From Ophelia neglecta (taxonomy: Eukaryota), in assembly GCA_965285935.1 (NCBI GenBank), contig OZ260664.1, positions 48,608,001 through 48,672,000 of the forward strand: DNA of 64,000 nt, read 5' to 3'. The notes beneath the pieces were generated by a model. That model worked only from the letters and a program-made list of their open reading frames with translations. It did not search any database and was not told the origin of the DNA. This document shows positions 25,801 through 38,622 of the stretch, one piece after another; positions within the stretch are counted from its first letter, which is position 1; the number at the start of each line of letters is the position of its first letter. The position numbers and the translations under genes are program-made.

Positions 25801-27561
25801 CAAATATTATGTTGAGGCTGGAAAACCTATCTTAAGGGGCTATATTGTGACTTGAAATTGACAAATAATTGCAACTAAATGGGAAATTGTCGGAGCGGAT
25901 TATAAAAGAAACGCAAATAAATGAGCTTATATCGAAGGTAAGTTCTATAGGAATCAAAATGAGACCAGCTTAATCGCATTTGAATGGCTGTTAACCTCAA
26001 AAGAGGATTTAAAATGGTCCTGTGCAGTGTTTTTACTTGTTAGCTTCCTCCAGTGAGCTCATCTTTTCTTTTATAGGATTCGTTTTATGGAGATCTCAAA
26101 AGCCTTCAGATGAAATGTCAAATGCGATAACAAACAGTGGGAATTATGTCGATTCTGGGTTTGTAACTAGGTTGTTGTAAGTCACCATTGAGCACTAGCG
26201 GACTGAAATTATAGAAACATATATTTCATATTTCATATATAGAAATCTAAATGTTGGCTACTTAACAGTTCTATATTTCCGAGTCTGATTATAGTCTTTG
26301 CCATAGGCCTAGTGAGCACTACGTATTCTGACCTTCACAGTGGAAAACTGGTGGCTATACTTCTAATTGCAAGTGATAGCAATTTTATGTTTACATTTTG
26401 TATAAATTGTATTAGTTTAAAGTTTATTACTGTTTGGGAGCTGGAGATTGTCGTATTGATGTTTTCATGTGGGTGGGCCTGGACTGTTCTAGATTAAAGA
26501 TTTCGTTGTGTCTGCCGGGTATCCACTTTCGGTTCTTGAAGTTAACGTACATTCATGTAATGAGTTTAGATAAAACATTAAATTCAATAGAATAATATAG
26601 ATCTAGTGAACACTACAGGTTCACCAGGGTTTCTTGGCATTGCTAGTAAGAGGGGGTCAATTACTACTTTTACCCATTGGGGGGGGGGAGTCACTTAAAT
26701 TTGATATTCAGTATTTGAACCCTTATTGAACGTCTCATTAAAATCATTATGCTCCATTTTCAGTTATAAGTTCTGAGCGCAAATAACAAATGGAATTATC
26801 TAAAAAGCCTACTCAGAGAAGGGGTGGGAGGGGGAAGTCCGACTCATAAAAGTTGGTCAATATTTTTAAGTTTGCTAAGGTTGGCTACTTGTCGCTCTCT
26901 GTTCCCGCACCCCCACCCCCTCTGACAATCAGAAATTTACGCCCACTTATGATTGTCAATACATCTGTACTGGTTTTTTTGTCAGTTTGCTTATTTTACT
27001 CGTCTGTGACTAGATCTATTATTTCTTATGTTTCGGGATTTGTGGTGAAATTACTCTTATTTACCGTAATACTTAATGCGACTCCCTCCCCCCTCACAAA
27101 AACTACTTGAGGCTCTTTTTTTACTGTGCCTAGAAAATAATGAACGCGGGGTGGTGACGGTATATGATTAAAGAACGAAGTGGCATCTTGACTTGCAATA
27201 TTCGTTTTTACTCACTTATATTTTTATGTGGATATAACTATAATGACGACATTGAACATAGAACTCAAATAGAATATCATTATTAAATAATGATATATCA
27301 TTAATAATAAAATGACATTAAGTCTAAGGGCCATCCAAGCAAGTCTAAGGGGCATCCAAAATTAAGGAAACTGCTTCAACTGAGTAGGCATGATATGCGA
27401 TAGGATTCGTGTTGCCGTTCTATTTGCTGGAAAAAAACAGTGACAATGGAATGATTAATGTAAGGAAAAGCAGACAGCCTTAATCCAAGCTTGCTACACG
27501 GGCTTTAAGGCATCCTCTGGTCGAAAACACCAAAAGACGATAATAATTGAATTAAACCCGG

Positions 27562-27615
27562 GTCTCCATGTTGACTGATGAGGCCCAATGGAAACCAAGG
27601 CTGTCCCACAGAGAC
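27562..27615 (+). ncRNA. Degenerate type-I hammerhead ribozyme motif
   Basis: GTCTC-CA-TGTTGA / CTGATGA (27575-81) / GGCCCAATG / GAAAC (27591-95) / ..GTC (27603-05) / CCACA-GAGAC; the stem I arms are complementary; the 3' arm of stem II appears deleted. Confidence 0.5.
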
Positions 27616-28091
27616 TGAAGTCGGGCTCACACTTACTCCTAGTGCGAATTGGACACTTTATATAAATAATTTTCGTTTATTTGCATGCATGATAAGAGAA
27701 TTATTTCCGTTTTGTCCTTAACGAACGTTGCTAGTTAAAAATCACATAAGATATCATCCACGACATGACGCCTGCTACACACTCCTAGTTGTTAATAATT
27801 ACTGAAGCATTGAGAGTAGGTCCTGATTTCAGCAGAGTCCGGTGTTCAAACCCCTTTGGCGACAGAATCTTTCGGTGAAAATTAAAATGGAAATATATCA
27901 GTTGTTGATGGTTCGATTGCAAAAAGAAAGAAACCGGATTAGGCTTTTAGATATACAGTCACTTCATTCATTAAATAAAGGAAAAAGGTATATGATAGGG
28001 CAACGGTTAACGGAACCGAGTAGTTGCTCATTTCATATCTGATGGTAGCAAAACAAGATTTACACCTTACAACTACCATCTGTTACTTACC

Positions 28092-28560
28092 GATTTGATT
28101 TGATTTCTTTATTCCTCCGTAGGAGAGTTACAAATGAACAAAATTAATACGTTACTATGAACAATAGTTCACACATGACACAAAATAAAAGACAATTAAA
28201 TTAAAGTATATTGTTGTACATTCGACACCGTTTATACATGTACAACCCATTTATCACATATCACATATTGAAGGCCCATCACACTCAATTTGTACCCTAA
28301 ACTACTGCCAATGTCTTATGCACTGACAACTGATAATAGCTTTCAACTCTGAGCCTTAATAGATTAGTCTATAGGCGGTTGGTGTAGTAATGAAAAGAAC
28401 TCTTTGAGCTCATTGTTACATGATTTAGTCAAAGAAACAAGTCTACGGGAAAAGTCTGTATAAATAACTCATTCTCTTTAGTTTAGGGCTAATAGGGCCT
28501 TCTTTTTCGCTTTATTTCGTATGCGCTCAACGCTCATCGTTGTTTTTTGCAATGCTTCCG
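28092..28560 (-). mobile_element. Probable 3' remnant of a LINE/SINE
   Basis: Minus strand reads AATAAAGAAATCAAATCAAATC, a poly(A) signal plus (ATCAA)n tail typical of L2/CR1 ends; the inner boundary is uncertain. Confidence 0.3.
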
Positions 28561-28917
28561 ATGAGCTTAGGTTCCCGAAATAGACCAACCCAAGTAATTG
28601 GACTCGATTAGCGAGCTGGCAGGATCTCGGGCGCCTCGGCTTATAAAGGCAAATAGAAAGGAGAAGAATTGTCCTAAAAGAAGAATTATTCTTGTCTGTC
28701 TAATGCTTCCACGTAGAAAGGGTCGGTACAGTATGGCGGAGCACAGAAACAAGCCAACCTTTTTTTTATAAATGAAAACAGAGGCACCCAAACATTTCCC
28801 TGGACCCCAACACACTTTGCTTGTTGTATACTAATATGTTGCCATGATCTAGATCTATACATAAATTATCGTAAACATAATGTTTGATCTTGTGATTTTT
28901 GAAGACTTATATTTATA

Positions 28918-29092
28918 CAGTGAAACCTGTAAATTAAGACCTAAGGGACTGAAGAATACTGGTTTGATATTGGAGGTGGTCAGTTTAGACAGGCTATTTA
29001 ACATTGAAAGTATACAGCAACATCCTCATATTGGTGGTCTGAAATGACAGGTGGTCTGATTATAGAGGTGGTCTTTAAGGCAGGTTTCACTG
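28918..29092. mobile_element. Tc1/mariner-pogo type MITE (175 bp)
   Basis: Perfect 12-bp TIRs CAGTGAAACCTG/CAGGTTTCACTG, TA on both sides; clearly homologous to the copies at 55532-55890. Confidence 0.9.
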
Positions 29093-29413
29093 TATATTTT
29101 AATATGCCTATTCAGAAACTTAAAACTGAACGCTAGACTATTACGGGTTGAGATAGAACATCATATTATCACATTAGAGATGTAATCAATTTATTAAAGC
29201 ACTCGCTTATTTACAAATATATGCCTACTATGTATGTGATAATTTAGAAATGTTTTGTTTACACAAAAACATCCAGTGTCAGTAAAGCCTATGAGACCTT
29301 ATCAGAAAAAGCACGCAATGATAACTTCATGTATTGTGTCTGGTGGTTTCACCAACAAGACTTTTCTTCCTAGATTTTAGGATGAAATGAATAACGATGC
29401 AAAGTAAATCAGT

Positions 29414-29419
29414 TTTATT
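29414..29419 (-). terminator. Candidate poly(A) signal of DCST2
   Basis: AATAAA on the minus strand about 95 bp after the stop; an alternative lies at 29190-29195. Confidence 0.4.
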
Positions 29420-29511
29420 TAAGTTTCATTAAATTTAAATGCATTTTCAAATTATGAAATGTACATCTAGTGCGGCTATATGCACGCCCATGCCATAACC
29501 GATTCAACCTC

Positions 29512-30545
29512 TCAGGATTCGTCCTCACTTTCTGAGATGGAACTTCCGGTGTCATCATTGCGCAGGTCGTCGACAGATGCCAGATTTTTAATTTTTTTCC
29601 TATGTCCTGTCCCTCGACCTTGTTCTTCGTCCTCGTCCTCGTCCGATGACGAGTCCGACAAGGGATCAGTCACTATTTGATATTGGTAGGTATAGTCAAG
29701 ATCGTTTTCAGGGATTTTTGCAGTTTCATCATCGCTTGAATCCCTCTCTTCAGAAAAGTCAGAGAAATCGCCGTAGTCGATGGGCTTCATACACACGGTG
29801 CATAGGTTGTTGATATCGGTGAAGCAGTCCTGACAATAAGTGGCTTTGCAGCCAGTATTTGCGCAGTTCACAAACGATTCTTTGTCGGCTTTCTCTGCGA
29901 TTTTTCCACATGCCAGGCAATGAGTCATCTTGTGGCCGAAGAGCCGCAAAACTTTTGCTGCGAACTTTGATCTTGCTGCTAAACGGTGTGTCAGGCAGAT
30001 TTCGTCTTTCTTCTGTTGAATTTCGTGGTCTTTTCTCATTTGTCGACGGAGATGCTTTAAGAACCCTCCTCTCCTACAGAGAATGTGATTATAAAGCCAA
30101 ACCGCCCGCTGTTTCTCTCTCTCGGGGTAAAACCAAGAACACACCACGTGACGGAGTCGCAGCCCGTAGTTCTGAACTAACACCAATACAAAACATGTCC
30201 CAAAAATAGCACCAATCGTCTTGTACATGAAGTAATTGGGGACGCTTGGGTTTGGCAAACAGGGGGCGGTGTCCAGACTCAACTGTTTTCTTGTTTGAGG
30301 ATCGAATTGATTGATTAATGTTCTATAAATGTCTGCCAGAATTCCATCACCCTGTACATGAATTTTAATTGCGGAGGGCAAGCTTTCGTTTATGTCCACT
30401 CGTCCATGGTGACGAATCATACTCATCAACCAATACAGACCGTAGTCACAGACTATGTAAAAAGCGGCATGCAAAAACGTGGCCATGAAAAGGACAACTC
30501 CTGTGATGAGCTTCCTTCGCTCACTCTTGGCTAACCTGATAGAAT
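29512..30545 (-). CDS. DCST2: DCST2 exon 7 (DC-STAMP domain, Cys8 RING-like domain, acidic tail)
   Basis: CTGCTTCACAG|AT SIRLAKSERRK..; lies within the 354-aa track ORF; stop at 29512. Confidence 0.92.
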
Positions 30546-33500
30546 CTGTGAAGCAGAAAAAAATCCCAATTACCATTATACCACTCCACGATGCACAAAT
30601 AAGTAGTTTGAATTTTAGATGTCAAGTGGAAAAAAATCCTTAAATAATACTGTGTACTTCGAAGACTTATCACGCTGGCCAAGCTTTATCAACATTGCAT
30701 TATGTGAGCTTTCTAAGCAATTGGGCCACTTGAGTGACCATGTTGAGAGTAATCGGTAAGGCGTGTACTCGTTTTGATATACCGGCCGTCTTCTTTCCAG
30801 TTCAGCGGCAGGATGGTTTCCTTTTCCCGCTCATGTCTTTTTTCATCGATATCGTTGATGTGATCAGTGATATAATGATTGTCAAAGCCGTCTTTTGTGA
30901 GGTATTTACGTCGGTAGAGAACAGCCCTGTAAAATAGGATTCCAACGTGTGTTTCACTACAAAACTACCCATTGGCTATATATACTTGATTATTAAATCG
31001 TTCATTTCTTGAAAACTTTGTTCATTAATCTGCCGATATTATAAAGCTCTGGTCATGATTAAAATTTCTTAAGTGTCTAAAGTTAATTCTTGCCACAAAA
31101 CTGTGTTATTTGTTTTCTTGGGTACCGGTCGGTTGTCATTATTGAAATGTCCGAGCACATTTCTATAGGTTATGGCTGTTTTATGATGAGGTTATGGCAT
31201 ACGGACTGGCTGGCTATTTGTAAAAGACCAAGCTGAGGAAATGTGTCATGCACGATTCTTTAGAAGCGAGACCATTTTGCTTTTACAAATATTTGCATGT
31301 CTATAAATCCGTGCACACGAATCTACTTCACGAACGATGGTGTAACGACGCCAAACCCTTTAAAATTGACTACCTGACAGAGGGACATCTTAAAATTTCC
31401 AAACGATGTCCTATAATGATTGGCTTCCATGTACACCTGCTTAAGACATATTGTGGTTTTGTACGTTCAACCGATTGTCGTCTGGAAAGTGGACCATTAA
31501 TTCAAATACTCCTTCGTAGCTTAATATACTCCATAAGACTTACAAGTATTAGAAACTAGTTACGCTTTGTGACAGCGCTTCAATATTTTTTGCCATGGAT
31601 TTCGTTTAATGCTGATTTTAAAACGTAATTTCTCTCGAATTAGCTATATTAGATCTGTATATTTTACTATTAGGCTTATGCTTGCCCCTTAATACCAATG
31701 TTTTCTCGTTGAAAATGGTGTGCACATTCACTCTGTTAATCAGTTTAACCCTTTTTATGCGTAATAACAGATTTTTCACCGAGTAAGCCAGATAAAAAAA
31801 GATAGCAATAAAAAATACTCGCGCTCGCATCAGTTCTACGAAAGTCTAACTGTACCAGAAACTAAAATCTTCTTATTAAGTGTTTGTTTTTTGCCTTACG
31901 CATGGTGACAAGTTGTCCCGGGGATATAAGAACTTTTTACTGAAGATAATATGCTTGATTTAACTCGAATGGATGAACACTTTAGCATCCTCTGGATAAC
32001 AAAAGGGAAACACCGTATGCCTTGGGGCCGCCTTAATCCGATTAAAAAATGGTATTAAATTGCTTAATCGGTATTAGCTAGTTAAGTTAGTTTTTGTAAA
32101 GTGTATTAGGTATTAAATATTGGTGATTTGGTATTAGATCTTAATCCTGGTCTGAAGGTGGATTAAGTTCCCTAATACCGATTAAGAATCAAACATCAAG
32201 ATGGCAGCGAATGGCAGACGCCACCATCGCCGGCGACTTTCTACAGTGGGTAAAGAACTTTTTTCCTAATTCTCAGCGTGTGTGTCCTCAATCCACATGT
32301 GTAATGACTGATAGTGGTAGGTAGCTCGTCAAATGGTAGATCCATTTGTTTATCATTAAGTTAAATGTCGAGGGAATCGGTGGTGAAGTTAATTTACAAC
32401 AGAAAGGGACAAATAACTATTATAGTATATCAAAGAGTATAAAACACAGCCCTGATAGAACATTCGGTTCCCCCCGCATCTTGTTTTTGATTTTTGTTGT
32501 TACTCCCATGCTGTGAGGTCCTTCCAGAGTTGACCGTCTTTCAACATAGGCCCTGACGAGGACCTCCTCCTCCCGTGCACTCTAATTTTTGGAGCGTGAA
32601 CTGGGCTCGGACTCGTCGTCTGCTGGAGAGTAGGGATCCATTTTGCTTTTCTCGGGGTCTCTGACAACAGGGTGACGCATGCGCGTAGGTAGTAAATAGC
32701 GGAAAGGCCCCTCCATATGTGTATTTGCAGTTTGGTCGCGCCTTTCGATTTAATCCAATTGAGTATTTGCTAATAGGAATAACTAATCGGGCCTTAAAAC
32801 CGCTTCCAGAAACCTAGATTAACGATGGTATCAGCTAATCGGTAATAGCTTGATCCAATACCGAAAGTTAATACCGCTACCAGAAACCGGCCCCTGGAAG
32901 TGTATTGGAGAGTTTTAATATGCAGGTCCTGGCCATTAATTGTAGATCGCGAAAACCTTGCTTATCATGGCTGAACTCTTTTAGAGGCACTTACAACCAG
33001 TTCTGCCATGGATAATAAAGTTTACAAAAGGAAAAAATCCGTGAAATAGAATTGGAGGCTTTAACAAGGGCTGCTGATTTTCGGTCATTTCAAAGCAGAC
33101 AAAAAGAGTGAGCAGACTGAAGAAAAAAAAGGTTACCATATCAGTGACAAATATGCAAGTGCTGGGCTTCTAAATTAAAGCTCTTGATAATGTTTGAAAA
33201 CGCATATTTTCTTTACCATTGTATAATTTCCGGCACGAAAGAATGCGAATGTATAAATATCAATAATACCACGTGACATGACGTATATACATCTAATAAA
33301 ATTATTTGCCGAACGGCTATTCATTAAAAAATAATTACCATTAGTTTGGATTATTTTCAGATTCTCTGAAAAATATTATGATTAGTTGCATCTTCATAAC
33401 GAGGGACAAGAGAGTCGCAAGCGAAGTATACATCAATAGTTTAAACAGTGGAAGGGCCTCGCTTAAAATGTGTGCTGCTGTATCTCTTCGACGCTAGGCC

Positions 33501-36500
33501 ATATATGTACGGTAATTAATTCACCAAGCCGGCCGATGCTTTTTTTTTTAATTCTTATGTATTAATATTCATTTATTTAACTAACCATTCAACCCAATGA
33601 AAATGTGTACTTTGAAAGACCAAATGTGTGCTATAATGGTCCTATCCATTTAAAAGCTTTGTCTGAAACTTTGTCTGAAACTTGTCTAATAGGCCTACTG
33701 TTACAGTAGGCCTACTGTTACCGTAGGCCACTGTTTTAAAACTTGACGTCAATTTTTTTTAGAAGCCAACTAACCTTCTCAATGCAATGTTGAGAGAACA
33801 CATGGATTTACTTGCAAAAATAATTTCATTAATAATGAACCAATCTTACTTGAGAATCAGCATCACCATCATGAACATTAAGCCAATGTTGGAGAAAGTG
33901 CCAAACATTTGAATTGGCTGCAAGCGTCTGTCAATTTCATTCATTATGTCCTTCCGTACCTATAAAATATAAATCTAAGAAAGGTAAAGTGGTAAATATT
34001 GGATAGAAATATAGACAAGCTAGGCTTCAATAGACTCGTACATATTAGACGTCCAATTGAAAACAAGGAACAATTAAATTATTCAGGAGGATATTTTAAT
34101 CAAGGTATACGCGGTTTATGTTTGATCACAGCCGCCGGGTAGTATGGCTGTACCTCACCTCTTTGTAGGATTTCGACTGCTCCATGGTTACGTTGTAGTG
34201 GTACTCTAAGGTCACATTGAAGTAGAACATTTCATACATGTCTGTTATAGCTTCTGTGACTTTCAAATTGATTTTTGACACAACAAAGTTTTTAATGCTT
34301 TCCGTAATGAGGCACAGGAGTTCTCCTATTCTAGCAATGTGACAAATGTGGCTGACTGCATCTACGATGCCGCAAAGAAACTTGACAATGCCTAATTTTG
34401 ACCTACATTTGGCAGCCGCTTCCACGAATGGCGTTCGACATTTCTGATACGGCGCTCCCATCTTGTCATTGCATACATTGACCTATCAGAGGAAAAATAA
34501 GATTATTTTCATTGACTTCCGACAAAACTCCTTTATATGTAAATTGTCATGTTATTTTAGAATAGCGATGTACTGACCGTTCAATAACTATTTGTGGAAG
34601 GAACTGATTTTCATACAGACCAAGTACCAAAACATCTGAAATCGACCCTATTCTTCTAACACAATATTAGTCTCAATAAACTTGATTTTGCTCTACTCGG
34701 CTCTTTGGTCAATGTTTGCAAATATCCGAACACTGACAGGGCTATGAAAATTTGACTTGTACTCGAACGTACATAATTGTGTTTGCAGCTTATAATGAAA
34801 TATGTTTATGTTTAAGGTATATACATATAACTACCCAGATCCCAGTCATGTATATACATAAGCTATATTTAACAATTATCCTCGGTAAAACAAAGCGAAA
34901 TAGGGGATAATTGCTTTGTACAATACCGAAGTAGATCTGCTCGTTCAATTCAATTCACGCCTGAAGGTCGACCAAAGCCACGCAAATCCCCACCCCCGAC
35001 GGTCATTCTAGCATTCGGTCCACGTCAAATAGCACCGCCTCCCCCCCCCCCCAAAAAAAAAAAAACAACAACATATATATATAAAATTGTCACCGGTACA
35101 TAAAATTTAATACAATGCAATGTAAAAAATGTATATAATAAACTCTCTTTAAATGTCCACTACCGACAAAGACAATCCAACAAACGTGTTGTTATCAATA
35201 TGGTTAAAAATTACCCTATGTTAAAACACATAAAAACCCCAAACAACCCCTATGTTAAACCTATTGAATAATCTACGAAAGAATAATTGTACAACAATCA
35301 CAATCCCTGCATGTTCTATACTAATTATCCCAATCTAAGTCACGGACACCGAGTACGTTGTTCGTTCTGTCAGTGGGCTCATGCGGAAGAATTAATTCAA
35401 CGGCGCCTCCTTTTTTTACATCAAATTAATCAATAAAAAAATTGTCATGAGTTACTCAAGCGCAAAACAAGATTGATAGAATTTGATGGAAATGTCCAAC
35501 GATAACAATAATTAAAATCCTTTACCATTGATGAGACATAGGAAAACCTTATCGACAGGGAATCAAGCTGGTTATACAATCTAAATGGGAAAACTCCAAA
35601 GTCCACTGTTTGCCTCAAAAGCAATTTGCGGTGCTCTCATTGAAAATTAGTTTGACTAGGACGGATTTTAATTAAACTGGAGTGATGTATTCGCGAGTTT
35701 AATTCTAATTCTGTGATATGTAGTGCATACGTTCTAATCAAGAACAAATCATGTTGACACAGAGAAAGGAGCCTATTCCTGTCTATATGGTGTTTCCGCG
35801 CTGTTTTTCCTGTGGGATGTCTTACTATAATCGGGACAAGTCCGTGAGTGGAATTTCCACTCCAAGTGCAGGGGGCGGTTTCAGGAATAATACCGGGGAG
35901 GAAGGGAGGGGGAATGGAGGGGTTCCTCTCAGGAATGGAAATAAGTACCAATAAATCAGTAGTCAGCCGGGCTTTTAACACGGGGATAGCCCTGACTATA
36001 TTTAGGTAGCCAATAAAAAACCTGGAAAATCGGTCAAATCCTATAGGCGTAAAACGTGTTTTTGGAATGCTCAACTAGGCACATTTGTGTTATTTTACCC
36101 TTTCTTTGAGCATTGTGATACCTTAAGTTGCCTTGGATCATTACTTATAGGTGAAAACTGCATACGCCAATTTTCACCACTAATATAAGTTACATTTTAT
36201 TGGTAATGATTTGTCAACTGATTGTACCCATCAGAGCTAAAAGTATTGGCATAGTGTATTGACCCGACCCTAAAGTTATTAGTAAATGGTGAACGGGCAA
36301 CTGCTAATTTCGTTCCCCGTTCATAACTCTATTAGTTGATTAAGGGATAGCGTAAATTAGGTGTTACGTCTCACCAGCTCAGCCGGGTTGGTAGCTTTAT
36401 CCCTGCCACAATGTCGGGAGGATCCCCCCCCCCCCCATCATTGATGCTTCTCCGGCAAAATAATCTGCCGCATTCACTTGCTTACGTATGCTCTATGGTG

Positions 36501-38580
36501 CAAGGCGGAGACAGAACGGAGCACTAACCCCCTGAAAACGCTCCGAATCCGCCGCTGAAATAAATCAGAAGCGAAAGACTCTTACCATGTTTCCGAGCCA
36601 GCTAAAAGCCATCTTTATGCTTTCTGTTACTTCTTTAAAGAGCCTTTTCAGCTCCAAAAAAGCTCTGCGCAGTCGCTTGGCGAATTGTACCAGTGTGTTT
36701 ATCAGCTGACGTATATCATCCAAAATGGCTGAAAGGGAAAGAGTAATTGGAACCTTAGAGTCGACCACGTCGAAGAAAAGGAGAATTGATAATTACCTGA
36801 GATTTGGGGGGGTTATTCTAATGGAATCGACATGGCTAATAATTTCAAAATATGCTGAGGATAAAAGTATCGCCTATAAGCTTGTAAAATGCCAATTTGC
36901 TTAACGCACAAGCGACGGGTGCCATTGCAGTGTCGACGATTTCCTTGGTGGTATTATAGGCTAGCTGTTGACCACATGTAGCACTGTCTGACATCACATT
37001 CACGTTGTGACGGAAGTTCTGCATCGGGTGCTGCAGAACGAGGACAAAAGCATAACCCAACAGAACAGTCCTGCCTTTACTTGAAAACAATGTAGGCAAG
37101 GTCAAAAGTACCTGTAAAGGATTGAACAACACATTGCAGGCATGGCATGCTATTATATATGTATATATATTTAAGAAGGTAGTTTATTAAACAATACGAG
37201 ACACAAGTTTTTCCATGATTGCTCATGCAAGAAGTATATTGTAAAATATTTGAAAATTTTAATCAGGACAAAGGGGTAGCCCAACATGCGTGTGGGATAA
37301 ATGGTTCTTAACTGGGACTTTAGTGAGCTAGACTGCAACCAATCAAAAACATCGAATAGTTTATAGGTGATTCGGAAAATAAAGATAAGGCGAAAGCATA
37401 AAAAAAATTGTCAACGAATAAGCTTTCAGCAAAAATTGAAGAAAGGATCATTTTTTGTCACCGCCAATTTTCTTTGGCCATTCTTCTTTGCATGGAAGCC
37501 AATCATTTTCTGCCGCGACCGCAAAGTAATCTTGGCATTAGGCCTACTAGCATGTGGTTTATCATGATTTTCACAATAAAAGCTTTTTCAATTGCTATTT
37601 CAGCGCAGTGTTGATATTGATGTTCATTGTGGAGAGATCACCCCGTTTATCTTCATTAACACACAGCGGCTGTTGTCACCACAATGATACTCTGAGTAGT
37701 GGACATTCATTGTCCATCACATTGACGTTAGCATGACTTTAAGTCACAATCGTGCTCTCCAACCCTCTATCGGCGATATGGTAAATGCAAAAAGAGAGTT
37801 TATGTTAGTTATGGGCTCGTTTATGACTCAACTTATATTCCCTATTGAGTTGCCGATATTGGGTTAACTGATGCATTACCACAGCACTTGACATAGTCAA
37901 CATATATACAGGCCTATATAGCGACTTAAATGGTCAAACCGCTAAAACATCGACCTTCCGGCAGGTCTCCGACAATACTGACACTATTCGGACTCTGCCT
38001 TAGGCCTATAAGAAAAATAGCATTGCTGGCTATGACAGACCTGCATGAAGGACACGCCTGGCAGGCTGGAGAAGAATATTAAAAGTGTGAATTCTAAAGG
38101 TCCGCCGTCACACATTACATAAGGGACGTTCTTAGTTAATAAAGCTGTACACACCATACACCTGACTCCGGAGGTGAACGCCATTCCTAGGCTGAGTAGA
38201 GTGCCCAGTATAACGCACGTGATCATAGCTGTTGGCGGTGGATATCGGAGCTGGTACACCATCAACAAGAACCACAGGAAAGAGAGAAGAGCCCCGCCGA
38301 AGAACGCCACAAAACTCCTTAATATATCATTAGGATAAGTCCCGCCATGACAAACTTTCACTCCGGGACATAGCACCCTATCCTTGTAACAGCATGGAGA
38401 TATTTTCGCCAGAATCTTTGTCCGAATGCAGGTTAGAATCTTAATCTTTAGCTCTTCTGTCCATGGAATGATGGGAGGAAGGCCCATCTGTTCCCGTTGA
38501 GCATTAATTTTTGCTCTTTGCAAGTTGTCCAGCCCCTCCTTAATTTCACATATATGTGCTAATTTGGCAAAGAATGCCAT
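29512..38580 (-). CDS. DCST2: DC-STAMP domain-containing protein 2 (SPE-42 orthologue-like), 7 exons, 798 aa: complement(join(29512..30545,30769..30926,33850..33959,34159..34482,36586..36728,36910..37111,38155..38580))
   Basis: All six introns are GT-AG with matching phases (0,1,0,0,2,1); 2397 bp. Motifs LSLGMAFT..VRCMVLLTLPTLFSSKGR, CGQQLAYN, WL..M.NVCN..MG.PY.KC, FDNHYIT...ILPL, C.P.P..P, FYPERE..R..WLY, C-terminal Cys8 RING-like domain and acidic DSSDDE tail match DCST2 rather than DCST1. Confidence 0.92.
30769..30926 (-). CDS. DCST2: DCST2 exon 6
   Basis: TATTTTACAG|G AVLYRRKYLTKDGFDNHYIT..ETILPLNWKEDGRYIKT A|GTACAC; 158 bp; the weak donor was chosen on phase and homology. Confidence 0.82.
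32024..32894. mobile_element. Non-autonomous PIF/Harbinger-like element in DCST2 intron 5
   Basis: Ends GGGGCCG..CGGCCCC, possible TTG/CTG target; inverted subterminal blocks with repeated GGTATTA/TAATACC motifs. Confidence 0.5.
33690..33733. repeat. 17-bp palindromic tandem repeat
   Basis: TAGGCCTACTGTTACAG TAGGCCTACTGTTACCG TAGGCCACTG. Confidence 0.8.
33850..33959 (-). CDS. DCST2: DCST2 exon 5
   Basis: TTTTATAG|VRKDIMNEIDRRLQPIQMFGTFSNIGLMFMMVMLIL AA|GTAAGA; 110 bp; absent from the ORF track. Confidence 0.88.
34159..34482 (-). CDS. DCST2: DCST2 exon 4
   Basis: TCTGATAG|VNVCNDKMGAPYQKC..SYKE|GTGAGG; 324 bp; Cys-rich extracellular loop. Confidence 0.9.
36586..36728 (-). CDS. DCST2: DCST2 exon 3
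   Basis: TTTCCCTTTCAG|..ILDDIRQL..WLGNM|GTAAGA; 143 bp. Confidence 0.9.
36910..37111 (-). CDS. DCST2: DCST2 exon 2
   Basis: CCTTTACAG|VLLTLPTLFSSKGR..APVA T|GTGCGT; 202 bp. Confidence 0.9.
38155..38580 (-). CDS. DCST2: DCST2 exon 1
   Basis: ATG at 38580 to ..GVRCM|GTGTGT; 426 bp; two TM-like segments. Confidence 0.88.
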
Positions 38581-38622
38581 CTTAGTATATTCGGTATTTC
38601 CACACTATATATAAATAAATGC

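Noticed and set aside
27274-27359. AT-rich hairpin and 21-bp tandem duplication
   Set aside because: Real, but best explained as local replication or repair scars; no function supportable.
29480-30937. Plus-strand ORFs 29480, 29859 and 30734
   Set aside because: Antisense shadows of DCST2 exons 6-7.
35637-36074. 145-aa minus-strand ORF in DCST2 intron 3
   Set aside because: No recognisable motif, and exons 3 and 4 already join cleanly in phase 0 with continuous DCST2 homology.
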